In this document: one piece after another, positions 19,644 to 29,111 of the stretch | How positions within the stretch are numbered: the first letter of the stretch is position 1 | How the letters are laid out: each line of letters opens with the position of its first letter | Assembly: GCA_963770835.1 (NCBI GenBank) | Contig: CAVYRH010000004.1 | Location: 384,001-448,000 of the forward strand | DNA: 64,000 bases | From: an uncultured Pseudomonadota bacterium | GTDB lineage: Bacteria; Oederibacteriota; Muellerivitia; Muellerivitales; Muellerivitaceae | Direction: 5' to 3' | Made by a program: the position numbers and the translations under genes | The notes under the pieces: model-generated | The model's database searches: none | What the model was told of the DNA's origin: nothing | The model's input: only the letters and a program-made list of their open reading frames with translations

Positions 19644-21050
19644 ATGGCACACCCTGAACCTTCCAAATTCAAATCTTCAAAAGAAAATCTCCCCCCAAAA
19701 GCTTCCTTAGCCGCGAAGCGGGCGCTGGAATCCATGGACTCCCTCTTTCTCCTGGCGGAGGTTTTCCGGGACGAGGCGGGCCTGCGGTTCGTCCGGCTCC
19801 TCAAATGGCTGGCGAAAAAAGACGCGGAAACGCCGAAGGGGATCAAACGCTACGGCGCGTTCTGGCGGTCGCTGGTGGAACAACAGGAATTCGCCCCGCA
19901 TCCCCGGGTGGGGACCATCCTGCAGGATTATTTCCTGGAGCGCCTTTTGGAGGACGGCAACCCCCTCCACCGCAAGGCCGAATTGGCGTCCCTTTCCGAA
20001 ATCAGCCCTTCCCTCCATCAAAGCTATATGAGGGAATTGGACGCCGTCCAAAAGATCCTGAAGGTGGATTGGGAGGCTGAATTCCTGAAAAAATCCGGTT
20101 TGCTGGGCAAGGGGGAAGCCCCCTCCCTGGAAGGCGTTGTGTTACCCAAGCGGGGGAAAGTGATTTCCCCCGCCGCAGAAGCCCGCCGGAAGATCAAGGC
20201 GGAGATTCTTTCCTCAAACCGGGGGAACCCCCTCCTGGCCAACTTGGCGGAGTATTTTCATCGGAACGGTTGGGGCTTGTTTGGCCGTTACCGTGCCTTT
20301 CGTTGGCAGGTGGACGAGAAGGGGAAAGGCCGCTTAGTAGGAGTGGAGGCGGTGGACCCCATCCGCCTGGAGAACCTCATCGGGTACGACGAACAACGCC
20401 AGCCCTTGATCGAGAATATTAAAGCTTTCGTGGCCGGCAAGGGGGCCAACAACGCCCTTCTTTATGGGGAAAGGGGAACCGGAAAATCCTCCACCGTAAA
20501 AGCCCTTTTGAACGCCTACCAGGGCAGGGGTTTGAGGCTGGTGGAAGTGCACCCTTCCCATTTGAACGAGTACCAGGAAATCCTGCCCTTCCTCCGGGGC
20601 CGCCCGGAGAAGTTCATCCTCTTCGTGGACGACCTCTCCTTCGAGGAGAACGAGACTTCCTATAAAGGGCTGAAGGCCCTTTTGGAAGGCGCGGTGGAGG
20701 CCACCCCCAAGAACGTCATCCTCATCGCCACCTCCAACCGGCGGCACTTGATACGGGAGTTTTTCGACGACCGGAAGGGAGGAGTCCAGCAGGGAGGGGA
20801 AATCCACGGGGCGGACACGGTGGAGGAAAAACTATCCCTTTCCGATCGATTCGGCCTGGTCATTTCCTTTTACGCGCCTTCCCAGGAAACTTACCTCAAG
20901 ATGGTGGAAAGCTGGGCCAAGGCCGAAGGGATTAAGATGCCGCCCGTCGAATTGCACGCCCGGGCCCTGCAATGGGAGAAGGCTAACAATGTCCGCTCGG
21001 GCCGCACGGCAAGACAGTTTATAAATGATTTAAAAGGCAAAGTCGATTGA
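19644..21050 (+). CDS. AAA+ ATPase (DUF815 family)
   Basis: LYGERGTGKSS, LFVDDLSFE, ATSNRRHL, SLSDRFG, RSGRTARQF. Confidence 0.9.
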   Translation: MAHPEPSKFKSSKENLPPKASLAAKRALESMDSLFLLAEVFRDEAGLRFVRLLKWLAKKDAETPKGIKRYGAFWRSLVEQQEFAPHPRVGTILQDYFLERLLEDGNPLHRKAELASLSEISPSLHQSYMRELDAVQKILKVDWEAEFLKKSGLLGKGEAPSLEGVVLPKRGKVISPAAEARRKIKAEILSSNRGNPLLANLAEYFHRNGWGLFGRYRAFRWQVDEKGKGRLVGVEAVDPIRLENLIGYDEQRQPLIENIKAFVAGKGANNALLYGERGTGKSSTVKALLNAYQGRGLRLVEVHPSHLNEYQEILPFLRGRPEKFILFVDDLSFEENETSYKGLKALLEGAVEATPKNVILIATSNRRHLIREFFDDRKGGVQQGGEIHGADTVEEKLSLSDRFGLVISFYAPSQETYLKMVESWAKAEGIKMPPVELHARALQWEKANNVRSGRTARQFINDLKGKVD

Positions 21051-21112
21051 ACCACCAAGGCACGCGCCCTGAAGCTACAAACCAGCTTCGAAGCACGAAG
21101 GGCACCAAGAAA
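21050..21112. repeat. Period-9 repeat, left arm only
   Basis: ACCACCAAGGCAC...GCACGAAGGGCACCAAG. Confidence 0.6.
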
Positions 21113-21121
21113 GACGAAAGC

Positions 21122-21195
21122 ATGAGTTTTGAGGACGTCGATAAGGAACTGGATGAAACTGCAAGCCAAGTCGTGGATGCGGTTTTTAAAATCCT
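21122..21195 (+). pseudogene. N-terminal remnant of a GxxExxY-family gene
   Basis: MSFEDVDKELDETASQVVDAVFKI resembles the first helix of the family; truncated before the motif; follows a period-9 arm. Confidence 0.55.
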
Positions 21196-21207
21196 TTGGA
21201 GGTTTGA

Positions 21208-21684
21208 ATGCCGGTTGACCTTTCTGTTTTCAAAGATGCCGCGCCTTACCGGGGCCTGAAGGAGCCGGATTGGAAGGCCCTTTCGGAACTCCTCAAGGAA
21301 GTCCCCCTGAAAACCGGCATACCGGTCTTCAAAGAGAACGACCCGGGGGACGGGTTCTATTGGGTGAGATCGGGAAAGGTCCGCATCAGCCGCCAGGTGA
21401 CGCCGGAAGGGCGCCGGGCAAAACAGGAACAATTGTTGACGGTCCTCACCGCCGGGCAGATCTTCGGCGAAATGGCCCTGGTGGACGGCGAACCCCGTTC
21501 GGCGGACGCCCTGGCGGACAGCGATACCGTTCTTTTTTTCCTTTCCCACGCGGATTACGAGAAACTCAAGCTGAACCAGCCGGCCACCGCCCTGCGCATC
21601 CAGGACATGGTGGTAGTGACCCTTTGTTCCCGCATCCGGGAAGCCAACCGGGCCTTCGAGACCATCCGGTTTTGGTGCACATGA
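21208..21684 (+). CDS. Stand-alone cyclic nucleotide-binding domain protein
   Basis: SD GGAGG; FKENDPGD, FGEMALVDGEPRSA; no HTH domain. Confidence 0.88.
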   Translation: MPVDLSVFKDAAPYRGLKEPDWKALSELLKEVPLKTGIPVFKENDPGDGFYWVRSGKVRISRQVTPEGRRAKQEQLLTVLTAGQIFGEMALVDGEPRSADALADSDTVLFFLSHADYEKLKLNQPATALRIQDMVVVTLCSRIREANRAFETIRFWCT

Positions 21685-22688
21685 AAGGCAGCCGACAGTT
21701 GACAGCTCACAGTTCACAGCTTCGGTTTACGCGGCTATCCGCCCTTTTATGGGGTTTGGCGGCGTTTATTCTCAATGGCGGGGTGGATTCACAAACAACA
21801 CCACTTCCCACCAAGGAAACGGCTCCTAAATCCTCCTTTCCCACCGTGATTCTTTGCGGGAAAAAGCACAATACCCTCTTCTGTGTCCGACATAACAAGG
21901 CCTATTGGGACTACGATTTCGACGGCCCCCTCCTGGACATCGAAACCCTCCCCAATGACTACCTCGTCACCGGAGGGTCCCAACAGGTTTCCCTTTTGAA
22001 AAAGGAGTGGAAAGGCTGTGACCCGGTTTGGGATTGGAGCGAAATTTCAGGCGTTTCGGTGGTCAGCGCGGTCGTGGAGGACTGGGACGAGAATGAAAAC
22101 CCCTCCCTTATCCTTGCCGCCGATTCGCTCAATCAGCGCCTTTTTCTGGCGGACGCCAAATCCCGCAACCAAAAGATCCGGTGGGAATTCAAACTGGCTG
22201 CCCCGCCGTTACGGGTCCACCTTTGCACGGATAGCGGCAATTTCCTGGTTATCCTCAAGGATTCCACGGTCGAGGAAGTTTTCTTCCAAGAAGACAAGAT
22301 CATCTGGCAGTTGGGCAAGGAGGAGGGACTCACGGACGTCCGGGACGCCGTGCGCGACCCCTGGGCCAACACTTACGTGGCCGATGCCGCCACGGGGGAT
22401 GTGATCTGCCTTGGCCCCCAAAAACAGTTGAACTGGAAGACCCACCTCCCCTTCGCGCCCGGCGCTTTCGAGGAGATGTCCCTGGCCCTTTTCCAGGAGA
22501 ACCACAAGCGCATGGTGATGGCGGCGGTGCATTTTTCCGGGACCGGCCCCGAATCCAGGAATGTGATCTATCTATTGAACGCGGAAACGGGCAAGGTGAC
22601 CGCTTGGAATGACCATGACGACAAAGGAGGATATCCGGCTTTCCTGAAGGCAGTGCCGGACAAAGCGGAGTATTACAAGAAACAATGA
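21681..22688 (+). CDS. Hypothetical exported beta-propeller-like protein
   Basis: ATGA overlap with the upstream stop; hydrophobic N-terminus; repeated W-containing beta motifs. Confidence 0.65.
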   Translation: MKGSRQLTAHSSQLRFTRLSALLWGLAAFILNGGVDSQTTPLPTKETAPKSSFPTVILCGKKHNTLFCVRHNKAYWDYDFDGPLLDIETLPNDYLVTGGSQQVSLLKKEWKGCDPVWDWSEISGVSVVSAVVEDWDENENPSLILAADSLNQRLFLADAKSRNQKIRWEFKLAAPPLRVHLCTDSGNFLVILKDSTVEEVFFQEDKIIWQLGKEEGLTDVRDAVRDPWANTYVADAATGDVICLGPQKQLNWKTHLPFAPGAFEEMSLALFQENHKRMVMAAVHFSGTGPESRNVIYLLNAETGKVTAWNDHDDKGGYPAFLKAVPDKAEYYKKQ

Positions 22689-22696
22689 ATCATTTA

Positions 22697-22807
22697 AACC
22701 ACCAAGGTCACCAAGCTCACCAAGAAAGGCCAAAGAGAATTCTTATGAAAAAGTTTAAAGATGTTTGGTTCAATTTTTTCTTGGTGACCTTGGTGGTCTT
22801 GGTGGTT
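22697..22807. repeat. Period-9 inverted-repeat element overlapping the start of the alginate lyase gene
   Basis: ACCACCAAG GTCACCAAG CTCACCAAG ... CTTGGTGAC CTTGGTGGT CTTGGTGGT. Confidence 0.85.
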
Positions 22808-23875
22808 CAAAGGGCTTTCGCAGGCGTTGTCTCCTTGACGGATGCGGAAATCCCCAAGCTCCGGGCCTTGGTAAAGTCATACCCCGAGGCGGGAATATGG
22901 GCGGAAACCATCGAAGGGCAGGCGAAGGAAGCCCTGGGGCAATCCCCCAAACCCATCGTCCAAATTCAAACCGCAGGCAAGCTGAAGGGAAGCGCCGAAA
23001 AAACGGAAACCGAGGAAACCTTGAAGGACATGCCCCGGATGAAGGCGCTGGGCTTGGCCTATGCCCTGACCGGGGAAGAGGCTTACCGGCAAAAGGCGGA
23101 GGCTTTCGTCCTGGCCTGGGCCAAGACCTGCCAGCCGCCGGAAAACCCCATCGACGGCACAAACCTGGAGCCTCTTTTAGAAACCTATGACTTGATCCGC
23201 CCTTCCATGCCGGCCGCCGACCAAAAAACAGTGGACGATTGGGTGAGGTCCCTGGCCCAAACCTTGCTGGCCTCCGATGAGACTTCCAAAAAAACCTATT
23301 GGAACAATTGGAAATCCCACCGGTTGAAAATCGTGGCCATGGCCGCTTTCCTGTTGAATGACGCGGGGTTGGAGAAGCAGGCGTTGGACACCCTGAAAAC
23401 CCTGCTCGGGAAAAACCTCAATCCCGATGGGACCACCCTGGATTTCCTGGAGAGAGACGCCCTTCATTACCAGGTTTATGATTTGGAACCCCTTCTCTGC
23501 ACGGCCATGCTTTACCAAAGGGCGGGGATGTACAACCTTTATGATTGGAAGACGGACCAAGGTGCCTCCATCCGCGAATGCGTTGCTTTCGTCATTCCTT
23601 TCGCTAAGGGTGAAAAGACCCACGCCGAATACGTCCACACCACCGTGAAATTCGACCTCCAGCGCGCCGAGAACAACGAAAAGGGGCATGCTATCGGGGC
23701 TAATTTTGAGCCGAAAGCGGCCGTTCACTGCCTGGAACTCGCGCAATTCTTCAAGCCGGACCTCAAAGAGCTGGTGGGGAGCCTGGAGAATAAACCAGAC
23801 GCGGCTTATCCCACCCTGCAGATTCTCATGAATGAAGTCACCCGCCCGGCCGTGCCTGTTTCTGGAGCTAAATAA
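22745..23875 (+). CDS. Alginate lyase-family (alpha/alpha toroid) secreted protein
   Basis: Signal peptide; LAYALTG, NNWKSHR, RDALHYQVYDL. An alternative start exists at 22685. Confidence 0.75.
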   Translation: MKKFKDVWFNFFLVTLVVLVVQRAFAGVVSLTDAEIPKLRALVKSYPEAGIWAETIEGQAKEALGQSPKPIVQIQTAGKLKGSAEKTETEETLKDMPRMKALGLAYALTGEEAYRQKAEAFVLAWAKTCQPPENPIDGTNLEPLLETYDLIRPSMPAADQKTVDDWVRSLAQTLLASDETSKKTYWNNWKSHRLKIVAMAAFLLNDAGLEKQALDTLKTLLGKNLNPDGTTLDFLERDALHYQVYDLEPLLCTAMLYQRAGMYNLYDWKTDQGASIRECVAFVIPFAKGEKTHAEYVHTTVKFDLQRAENNEKGHAIGANFEPKAAVHCLELAQFFKPDLKELVGSLENKPDAAYPTLQILMNEVTRPAVPVSGAK

Positions 23876-23946
23876 GGTAATTCATTCGATTTTCTTTAAC
23901 GGATTTTAAACAGGATCAAACTGCGAAAGTTGATACAATCCCGGCC

Positions 23947-26004
23947 ATGTATATCCAAAGCCGGTTCCCTTTTCTCCAACGCAGCGCCCTCGTCATCCTT
24001 TTTTTAGGTCTGCACGCTTTTTCGGCCAGGGCCCAAAACACCATGATCCTTTCCCATAATGACATTTCCCGCACCGGATGGAATCCCAACGAAACCTACC
24101 TGGCTCCCTCCAACGTCAACACCGCCGCGGATTTCGGCAAGCTTTTTAGCCAGCCCGTCGATGGGCAGGTTTTTACCCAGCCCCTCTACGTGCCCAACCT
24201 GTCCATCGCGGGCGGTACCCACAACGTGGTTTTCATCGCCACGGAACATGAAAGCGTCTATGCCTTCGACGCCGATGCCAGCCAGGCGCCTTTGTGGCAG
24301 GTGAATTTCGGGGGCGTGGTGGGAGGCACCACCGTCTCCAGCGTGCCTTACGCCGAAACCGCCTCCTGCAACGACATCGGCACGGAATTCGGCATCACGG
24401 GAACACCCGCCATCGATCTTTCGACCAACACCCTTTATGTGACCGCCGAAACCAAGGAAGTCGCCGCCGGGCCCGTCACCAACTACGTGCACCGCCTGCA
24501 TGCCCTGAACCTTTCGACGGGGGCCGAGAAATTCGGGGGCCCGGTCACCATCCAGGCGGCGGTGACGGTCAACGGGTCCATCGCCACCTTCAACGCCCCT
24601 CAGCAGCTCAACCGACCGGGGCTGGTTTTGTCCAACGGGATTGTTTACAGCTTTTGGGGTTCCCATTGCGACGACGGGCTCTATTACGGCTGGGTCCTGG
24701 GCTACAGCGCCTCCAACCTGTCCCTCCAGAAGGTCTTCAACGCCGCGCCCGTTTCCCAAAGCGGCGCCATTTGGGCCTGCGGGGAGGCCCCGCCGATCGA
24801 CTCGAACGGGAACTTCTACCTGACCACCGCCAACGGGTCCTTTGACGTCAACACGGGCGGGGTGGATTACTGCGACAGCGTGATCAAGCTCTCATCCTCC
24901 TCCATGGCCGTGGGGGATTATTTCACCCCCGCCGACCAGGCCTTCCTGGACGACAACGACGAGGATTTCGGCGCGGTGGGCGCCGTGCTCCTGCCCGGTT
25001 CCTTCGGCAGTGCGGCCCATCCGCGACTTTTGACCTGCGGCGACAAGACCGGCGTCATCTACCTGCTGGACATGAACAACCTGGGCGGCTACCTCAACGG
25101 CGCCGGGGGAACCGATGCGGTGGTGCAGGAATTCCAGGGCGCATCCACCACCATCACCTCGGGCTACACCATACCCTCCTGCTATAACGGCACCGTTTAC
25201 TGGGGATTCGTAGGCGACCCCATCCGGGCCTATAACTTCGTGAACGGCCAATATCCCGCCACGGCCAACTCCCTCACCCCCGAAAGCTATGATTTCCCGG
25301 GCGCAATGCCCAGCGTTTCCTCCAACGGCAACACCAACGGCATCCTCTGGGCCATCCAGCCGGGGACCACGGCCACGCTTATCGCCTATGACGCCACCAA
25401 CCTGGCCAATGAACTATACAATTCCAACAATGTGGCGGCGGACGGTATTACCTTCGCCAACAATAAATTCACCCCGCCAACCATCATCAACGGCAAGGTC
25501 TACGTGGCCACCTCGGGGAGCATGGAGGTATTCGGCCTGAAGATCACCGTCACGCCTTTCCCCACGCCTTCCGGGACCCAGACCCCCACGAAGACCCCGA
25601 CTTCTACCCCTTCTCCTACGGTGACTTCAACGGCGACCTCCACGGCTACTTTTACGCCGGCGATCACTTTCACACCCACCCTTACGGGCACCGCAACCAT
25701 CAGTCCCACTCCAACCGCTACGCTCCCACCCGGGTCCGGGCCGGTGATTGCCGTACCTAATATCTTGAAGGATGGACAAACGGTTGCTACCTTCAGGGTG
25801 CCCGAATCCGGGGCCAGTTTGGAAGTCTCCATCTATGATATTGACGGTGAAAAACTGGTGGAGGGCCAGGGGGCGCCGGGCTCCAGCCTTTGTTACTGGA
25901 ACTCCGCGGGTTCAGCCAGCGGGCTTTACCTTGCCCGGGTGAAGGTGACCGACGCGGATGGAAACACCCGCTCGCAGAGCCTCAAGCTGGTTGTTCTCCA
26001 TTAA
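23947..26004 (+). CDS. Secreted PQQ-like beta-propeller protein with Thr/Pro linker and T9SS-like CTD
   Basis: HNDISRTGWNPNE, VDGQVFTQPLYV, GITGTPAID, NGKVYV; C-terminus SGLYLARV...KLVVLH. Confidence 0.8.
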   Translation: MYIQSRFPFLQRSALVILFLGLHAFSARAQNTMILSHNDISRTGWNPNETYLAPSNVNTAADFGKLFSQPVDGQVFTQPLYVPNLSIAGGTHNVVFIATEHESVYAFDADASQAPLWQVNFGGVVGGTTVSSVPYAETASCNDIGTEFGITGTPAIDLSTNTLYVTAETKEVAAGPVTNYVHRLHALNLSTGAEKFGGPVTIQAAVTVNGSIATFNAPQQLNRPGLVLSNGIVYSFWGSHCDDGLYYGWVLGYSASNLSLQKVFNAAPVSQSGAIWACGEAPPIDSNGNFYLTTANGSFDVNTGGVDYCDSVIKLSSSSMAVGDYFTPADQAFLDDNDEDFGAVGAVLLPGSFGSAAHPRLLTCGDKTGVIYLLDMNNLGGYLNGAGGTDAVVQEFQGASTTITSGYTIPSCYNGTVYWGFVGDPIRAYNFVNGQYPATANSLTPESYDFPGAMPSVSSNGNTNGILWAIQPGTTATLIAYDATNLANELYNSNNVAADGITFANNKFTPPTIINGKVYVATSGSMEVFGLKITVTPFPTPSGTQTPTKTPTSTPSPTVTSTATSTATFTPAITFTPTLTGTATISPTPTATLPPGSGPVIAVPNILKDGQTVATFRVPESGASLEVSIYDIDGEKLVEGQGAPGSSLCYWNSAGSASGLYLARVKVTDADGNTRSQSLKLVVLH

Positions 26005-26027
26005 ACGCCGAGGAAAGCCGGTATTTC

Positions 26028-26783
26028 TTGTTCCCGTTGAAAATCATCGAACAACTTTTGAAGACCCGCAAAGTGGCCGTCCTGACCGGCGCGGGCATCT
26101 CCGCTGAATCAGGCATTTCCACCTTCCGGGGCACGGATGGCCTCTGGGACAAGATGGATCCCATGAAAGTCGCCACCCCGCAGGGGTTCGCAGGGGACCC
26201 CAAGGGGGTTTGGGAATGGTACGAAGCCCGGCGGCGCCAGATCGCCGCAGCGGAACCCAACCGGGGCCACGAAGTGATCGCCTGGATGGAGGATTTTTTC
26301 CCCCAAGTCACCCTGGTCACCCAAAACATCGATCGGCTGCACCAAAAGGCGGGGAGCCGCAATCCTATTGAACTTCACGGAAGCTTGTGGATGGTGCGTT
26401 GCACCGGGCAGCCTTCCTGCGGCGAGTGGGAGGAACGGCATGAGCTGGTGAACCTGCCCCCGAAGTGTCCCCAGTGCGGCGCTTTGCTGAGGCCCGCAGT
26501 GGTCTGGTTCGGGGAGCCCCTGCCCTTCCTGCCTTGGGACCAGGCCGAGAAAGCCGCCAAGGAATGCGACGCCTTTTTCATCATCGGCACCTCGGCCCTG
26601 GTTTATCCCGCCGCCATGCTTCCGGAGTACCCCCTGGACCAAGGGAAACTGGTCATTGAGATCAACCCGGAGGAAACGCCCCTTTCCGGACGGGCCACCC
26701 TTTCCCTGCGTTCCAAGGCCGGGGAGGCGTTAGAATCGTTGCGGGAGGCTTTGATTGATGAAAGGCCGGAATCCAACCTGTAA
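26028..26783 (+). CDS. cobB: NAD-dependent protein deacylase (sirtuin, class III-like); start approximate
   Basis: GAGISAESGISTFRG, WYEARR, TQNID, ELHG, RPAVVWFGE, GTSALVYPA. Confidence 0.93.
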   Translation: MFPLKIIEQLLKTRKVAVLTGAGISAESGISTFRGTDGLWDKMDPMKVATPQGFAGDPKGVWEWYEARRRQIAAAEPNRGHEVIAWMEDFFPQVTLVTQNIDRLHQKAGSRNPIELHGSLWMVRCTGQPSCGEWEERHELVNLPPKCPQCGALLRPAVVWFGEPLPFLPWDQAEKAAKECDAFFIIGTSALVYPAAMLPEYPLDQGKLVIEINPEETPLSGRATLSLRSKAGEALESLREALIDERPESNL

Positions 26784-27480
26784 AAATCATCCGGGACGGA
26801 AGATCCTGGGTTCCTGTCATGCCTGCCGGGATTGGTTTTGCCACGAGTGTCTCTTGGAAGGTCCTGAATATTATTATTGTAAAAAAGAAAAATGCCATCG
26901 TGCCTTTCAAAAAGAGACGAAGTTCACTATTAAACCTCAAACACTCAACTGCCCCTCTTGCCTTAAAAGCGCCAAAAGAAATCCCAGGTTTTGTCCCAGC
27001 TGTGGCTACCGGTTAAAGCCGGTTGCGGAAGACGAAATGGACGATTTAGTCACTATCGCCCGTTATGGAACAGCGCTCGAAGCCCATCTTGCCAGGACCA
27101 AATTGGAATCAGAAAATATAGAATCCTATGTGGCTGATGAACACATCATTTCATTGTTCCCGACCCGGGATATCGGCTGGGGCGGAGTGAAGTTAAAAAC
27201 GAAAAAATCGGAAGCTGAGCTCGCGCTTCGGATTTTTCACAATCCGAAAGAAGGTTCCGTTTGGGTGATGCATCCTATAGCCGCGGCTGTTTACGGATTT
27301 CCTGACTTCTTCGGCTTCCTATTGCTGATCGTCTTAACGCCTTTTGCATTTTTGCTTCAATTGATTTTGAAATTTGGTTGGAAGTTTATAAAACTTGCCA
27401 GAAAACCCCAGGCTTTTAAGCCTGGGGATGAATGGCTGCCCGGAGGCCCGACAGGTTTTTTGTCGGGCCGCAGGCCATAA
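26755..27480 (+). CDS. Zn-finger/zinc-ribbon plus DUF2007-like protein; 3' end runs into the IS
   Basis: CKNHP..CxxC..FCxEC; CPSC twice; EAHLARTKLESENIES; the last ~30 codons read through the IS left end. Confidence 0.65.
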   Translation: MMKGRNPTCKNHPGRKILGSCHACRDWFCHECLLEGPEYYYCKKEKCHRAFQKETKFTIKPQTLNCPSCLKSAKRNPRFCPSCGYRLKPVAEDEMDDLVTIARYGTALEAHLARTKLESENIESYVADEHIISLFPTRDIGWGGVKLKTKKSEAELALRIFHNPKEGSVWVMHPIAAAVYGFPDFFGFLLLIVLTPFAFLLQLILKFGWKFIKLARKPQAFKPGDEWLPGGPTGFLSGRRP

Positions 27481-27951
27481 AATATGGCATGCTTTGGTCA
27501 TGTCAAAATACTGGGTAGGGGCACACACCAAGCACCGTCTGCAATTTCATCTCGTTTGGATACCGAAGTACCGGAAGCGAGTCTTGGATAGCAAAATAGC
27601 CGTCCGCCTGCAGGAGCTGTTTAAAGAGGCGGCCCAAGTAAACCGATGGGAAATCCACGAGTTAAATATTCAACGAGATCACGTGCATATGCTGATCCAG
27701 GTTGAGCCAAGGGTGAGTGTAGCCAAAGTAGTACAGATTCTAAAAGGTGGGACAAGTATCAAGATAAGGGAAGAATTTCCAGCTTTGCAGGAGTTCCTTT
27801 GGGGCGATAGTTTTTGGGCGGACGGGTATTTTGCGGAAAGTATAGGTACGGTGCAGGAAGAAATGATTCGCAAGTATATCCGGGAGCAACAGCATGACCA
27901 AAGTATGCTGAAAGGCTGAAACCCCGGGCTTTAGCCCGGGGAGTAGCTTCA
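27390..27951 (+). mobile_element. IS200/IS605-family element, TnpA only (ends approximate)
   Basis: Subterminal hairpins CCCCAGGCTTTTAAGCCTGGGG (27406-27427) and CCCCGGGCTTTAGCCCGGGG (27922-27941) flank tnpA. Confidence 0.85.
27500..27919 (+). CDS. tnpA: IS200/IS605 Y1 transposase
   Basis: HLVWIPKYRK, HUH motif DHVHM, FWADGYF, catalytic Tyr in KYI. Confidence 0.95.
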   Translation: MSKYWVGAHTKHRLQFHLVWIPKYRKRVLDSKIAVRLQELFKEAAQVNRWEIHELNIQRDHVHMLIQVEPRVSVAKVVQILKGGTSIKIREEFPALQEFLWGDSFWADGYFAESIGTVQEEMIRKYIREQQHDQSMLKG

Positions 27952-28013
27952 TTTTGTAATGTTTGGAAGGGGCTCTGGGTAAAAAACGGAGAATTATTGA
28001 GAGGATACCATTG

Positions 28014-29108
28014 ATGAAAGTGTTTTCAAGTTGGGTTCTAATTTTGACTTTTCTTAATGTTGGCTTCCTAGAAGCCACCGAAAGCGCAGGATTTTCCGGG
28101 GACTTGAGCCTGGAAGGCGGCGGCATCCAAGGCCCTTCCAGCCTGGTCCAGAGCTATTCTTATTACCGGCTTTTCCTCCAGGACCAGGGCGACCTGGACC
28201 AGGAATTCTCCTATTGCCTCTCCGGCGAAGCCAATTGGCAGACCTTCACCCCCACCATCTCCATCGCCTGGCCCCTTTACCCCCAGAACAACCTTCTGCG
28301 GCTGGAAAGCAACAACATCGCCACGAGCCGCAACAATGATTATTATGGAGTCGAAATGGACCGGGCCTACCTGCGGTGGGCTTCCGGGCCCCTGGACCTC
28401 TCGACCGGCCTGATCAAGCCCCAGTGGGGAAGTTCCTTTTTCTACCGGCCCACCGATTATTTCTTTCCCCTTTCCCCCCTGCAATGGCAGGGAACCGAAC
28501 CCCTCGGCAGCGAGGGCTTGGACGCCTCCCTATTCCTCTTCGACGACTTGAGCCTGGAAGGAGCGGTGAGGGTTTTGGAGGGGGGGGATACGGAAGGGGT
28601 CGTGCGGCTGGTGGACAAGGGAATTGGCATCACCGTCACTCCCAGCGCCGCCTGGATGACCGGCCGCAACGCCTTCGGCCTGGAATTGGTGGGTACCTTT
28701 CCGACGGTGCAGGTCCGGCTGGAAGGAACCGATTGGCTCTACGCCGACCAGCGTACCGCGGCGAATTGGATCATCGGTTTTTCGACCTCCCATGAGGGCA
28801 TCAAGTACACCGCTGAGATTTTGCGAGATGAAACTGGGGAAATCCTGGGGGCCTATTCCGATATGGTGGGCCAAGCGACTTACGTTTATATGTCGGCGGA
28901 GGGGGCCTTTTTTAAACAGTGGAAGGCTTCCCCGGCGCTGGTGGTTCCTTTGGAAGGGGGCCCTTTCCTTTTCTGGCCCAAGATCAGCTGGGACTTCGCG
29001 CCCCAATGGAGCCTGGGCTTCCAAGGTCAGATTCTGCTGGGGAACTGGAAGGGGCCGTTGGACCTCTACCCTGGTCGCGTCGGGGGATCGCTTTCTTATT
29101 CCCTCTGA
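28014..29108 (+). CDS. Putative outer-membrane beta-barrel protein
   Basis: Signal peptide; MDRAYLRW, WG..FYRPTDYF; amphipathic strands; ends LSYSL. Confidence 0.7.
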   Translation: MKVFSSWVLILTFLNVGFLEATESAGFSGDLSLEGGGIQGPSSLVQSYSYYRLFLQDQGDLDQEFSYCLSGEANWQTFTPTISIAWPLYPQNNLLRLESNNIATSRNNDYYGVEMDRAYLRWASGPLDLSTGLIKPQWGSSFFYRPTDYFFPLSPLQWQGTEPLGSEGLDASLFLFDDLSLEGAVRVLEGGDTEGVVRLVDKGIGITVTPSAAWMTGRNAFGLELVGTFPTVQVRLEGTDWLYADQRTAANWIIGFSTSHEGIKYTAEILRDETGEILGAYSDMVGQATYVYMSAEGAFFKQWKASPALVVPLEGGPFLFWPKISWDFAPQWSLGFQGQILLGNWKGPLDLYPGRVGGSLSYSL

Positions 29109-29111
29109 AAT

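Noticed and set aside
21270..21680. N-terminal extension of the 472-aa ORF
   Set aside because: Overlaps the cNMP gene out of frame; ATG 21681 coupled to the upstream stop is more plausible.
14316..26783. Macro domain plus sirtuin as an ADP-ribosylation or defence module
   Set aside because: They are 11 kb apart and both look like ordinary housekeeping YmdB and CobB.
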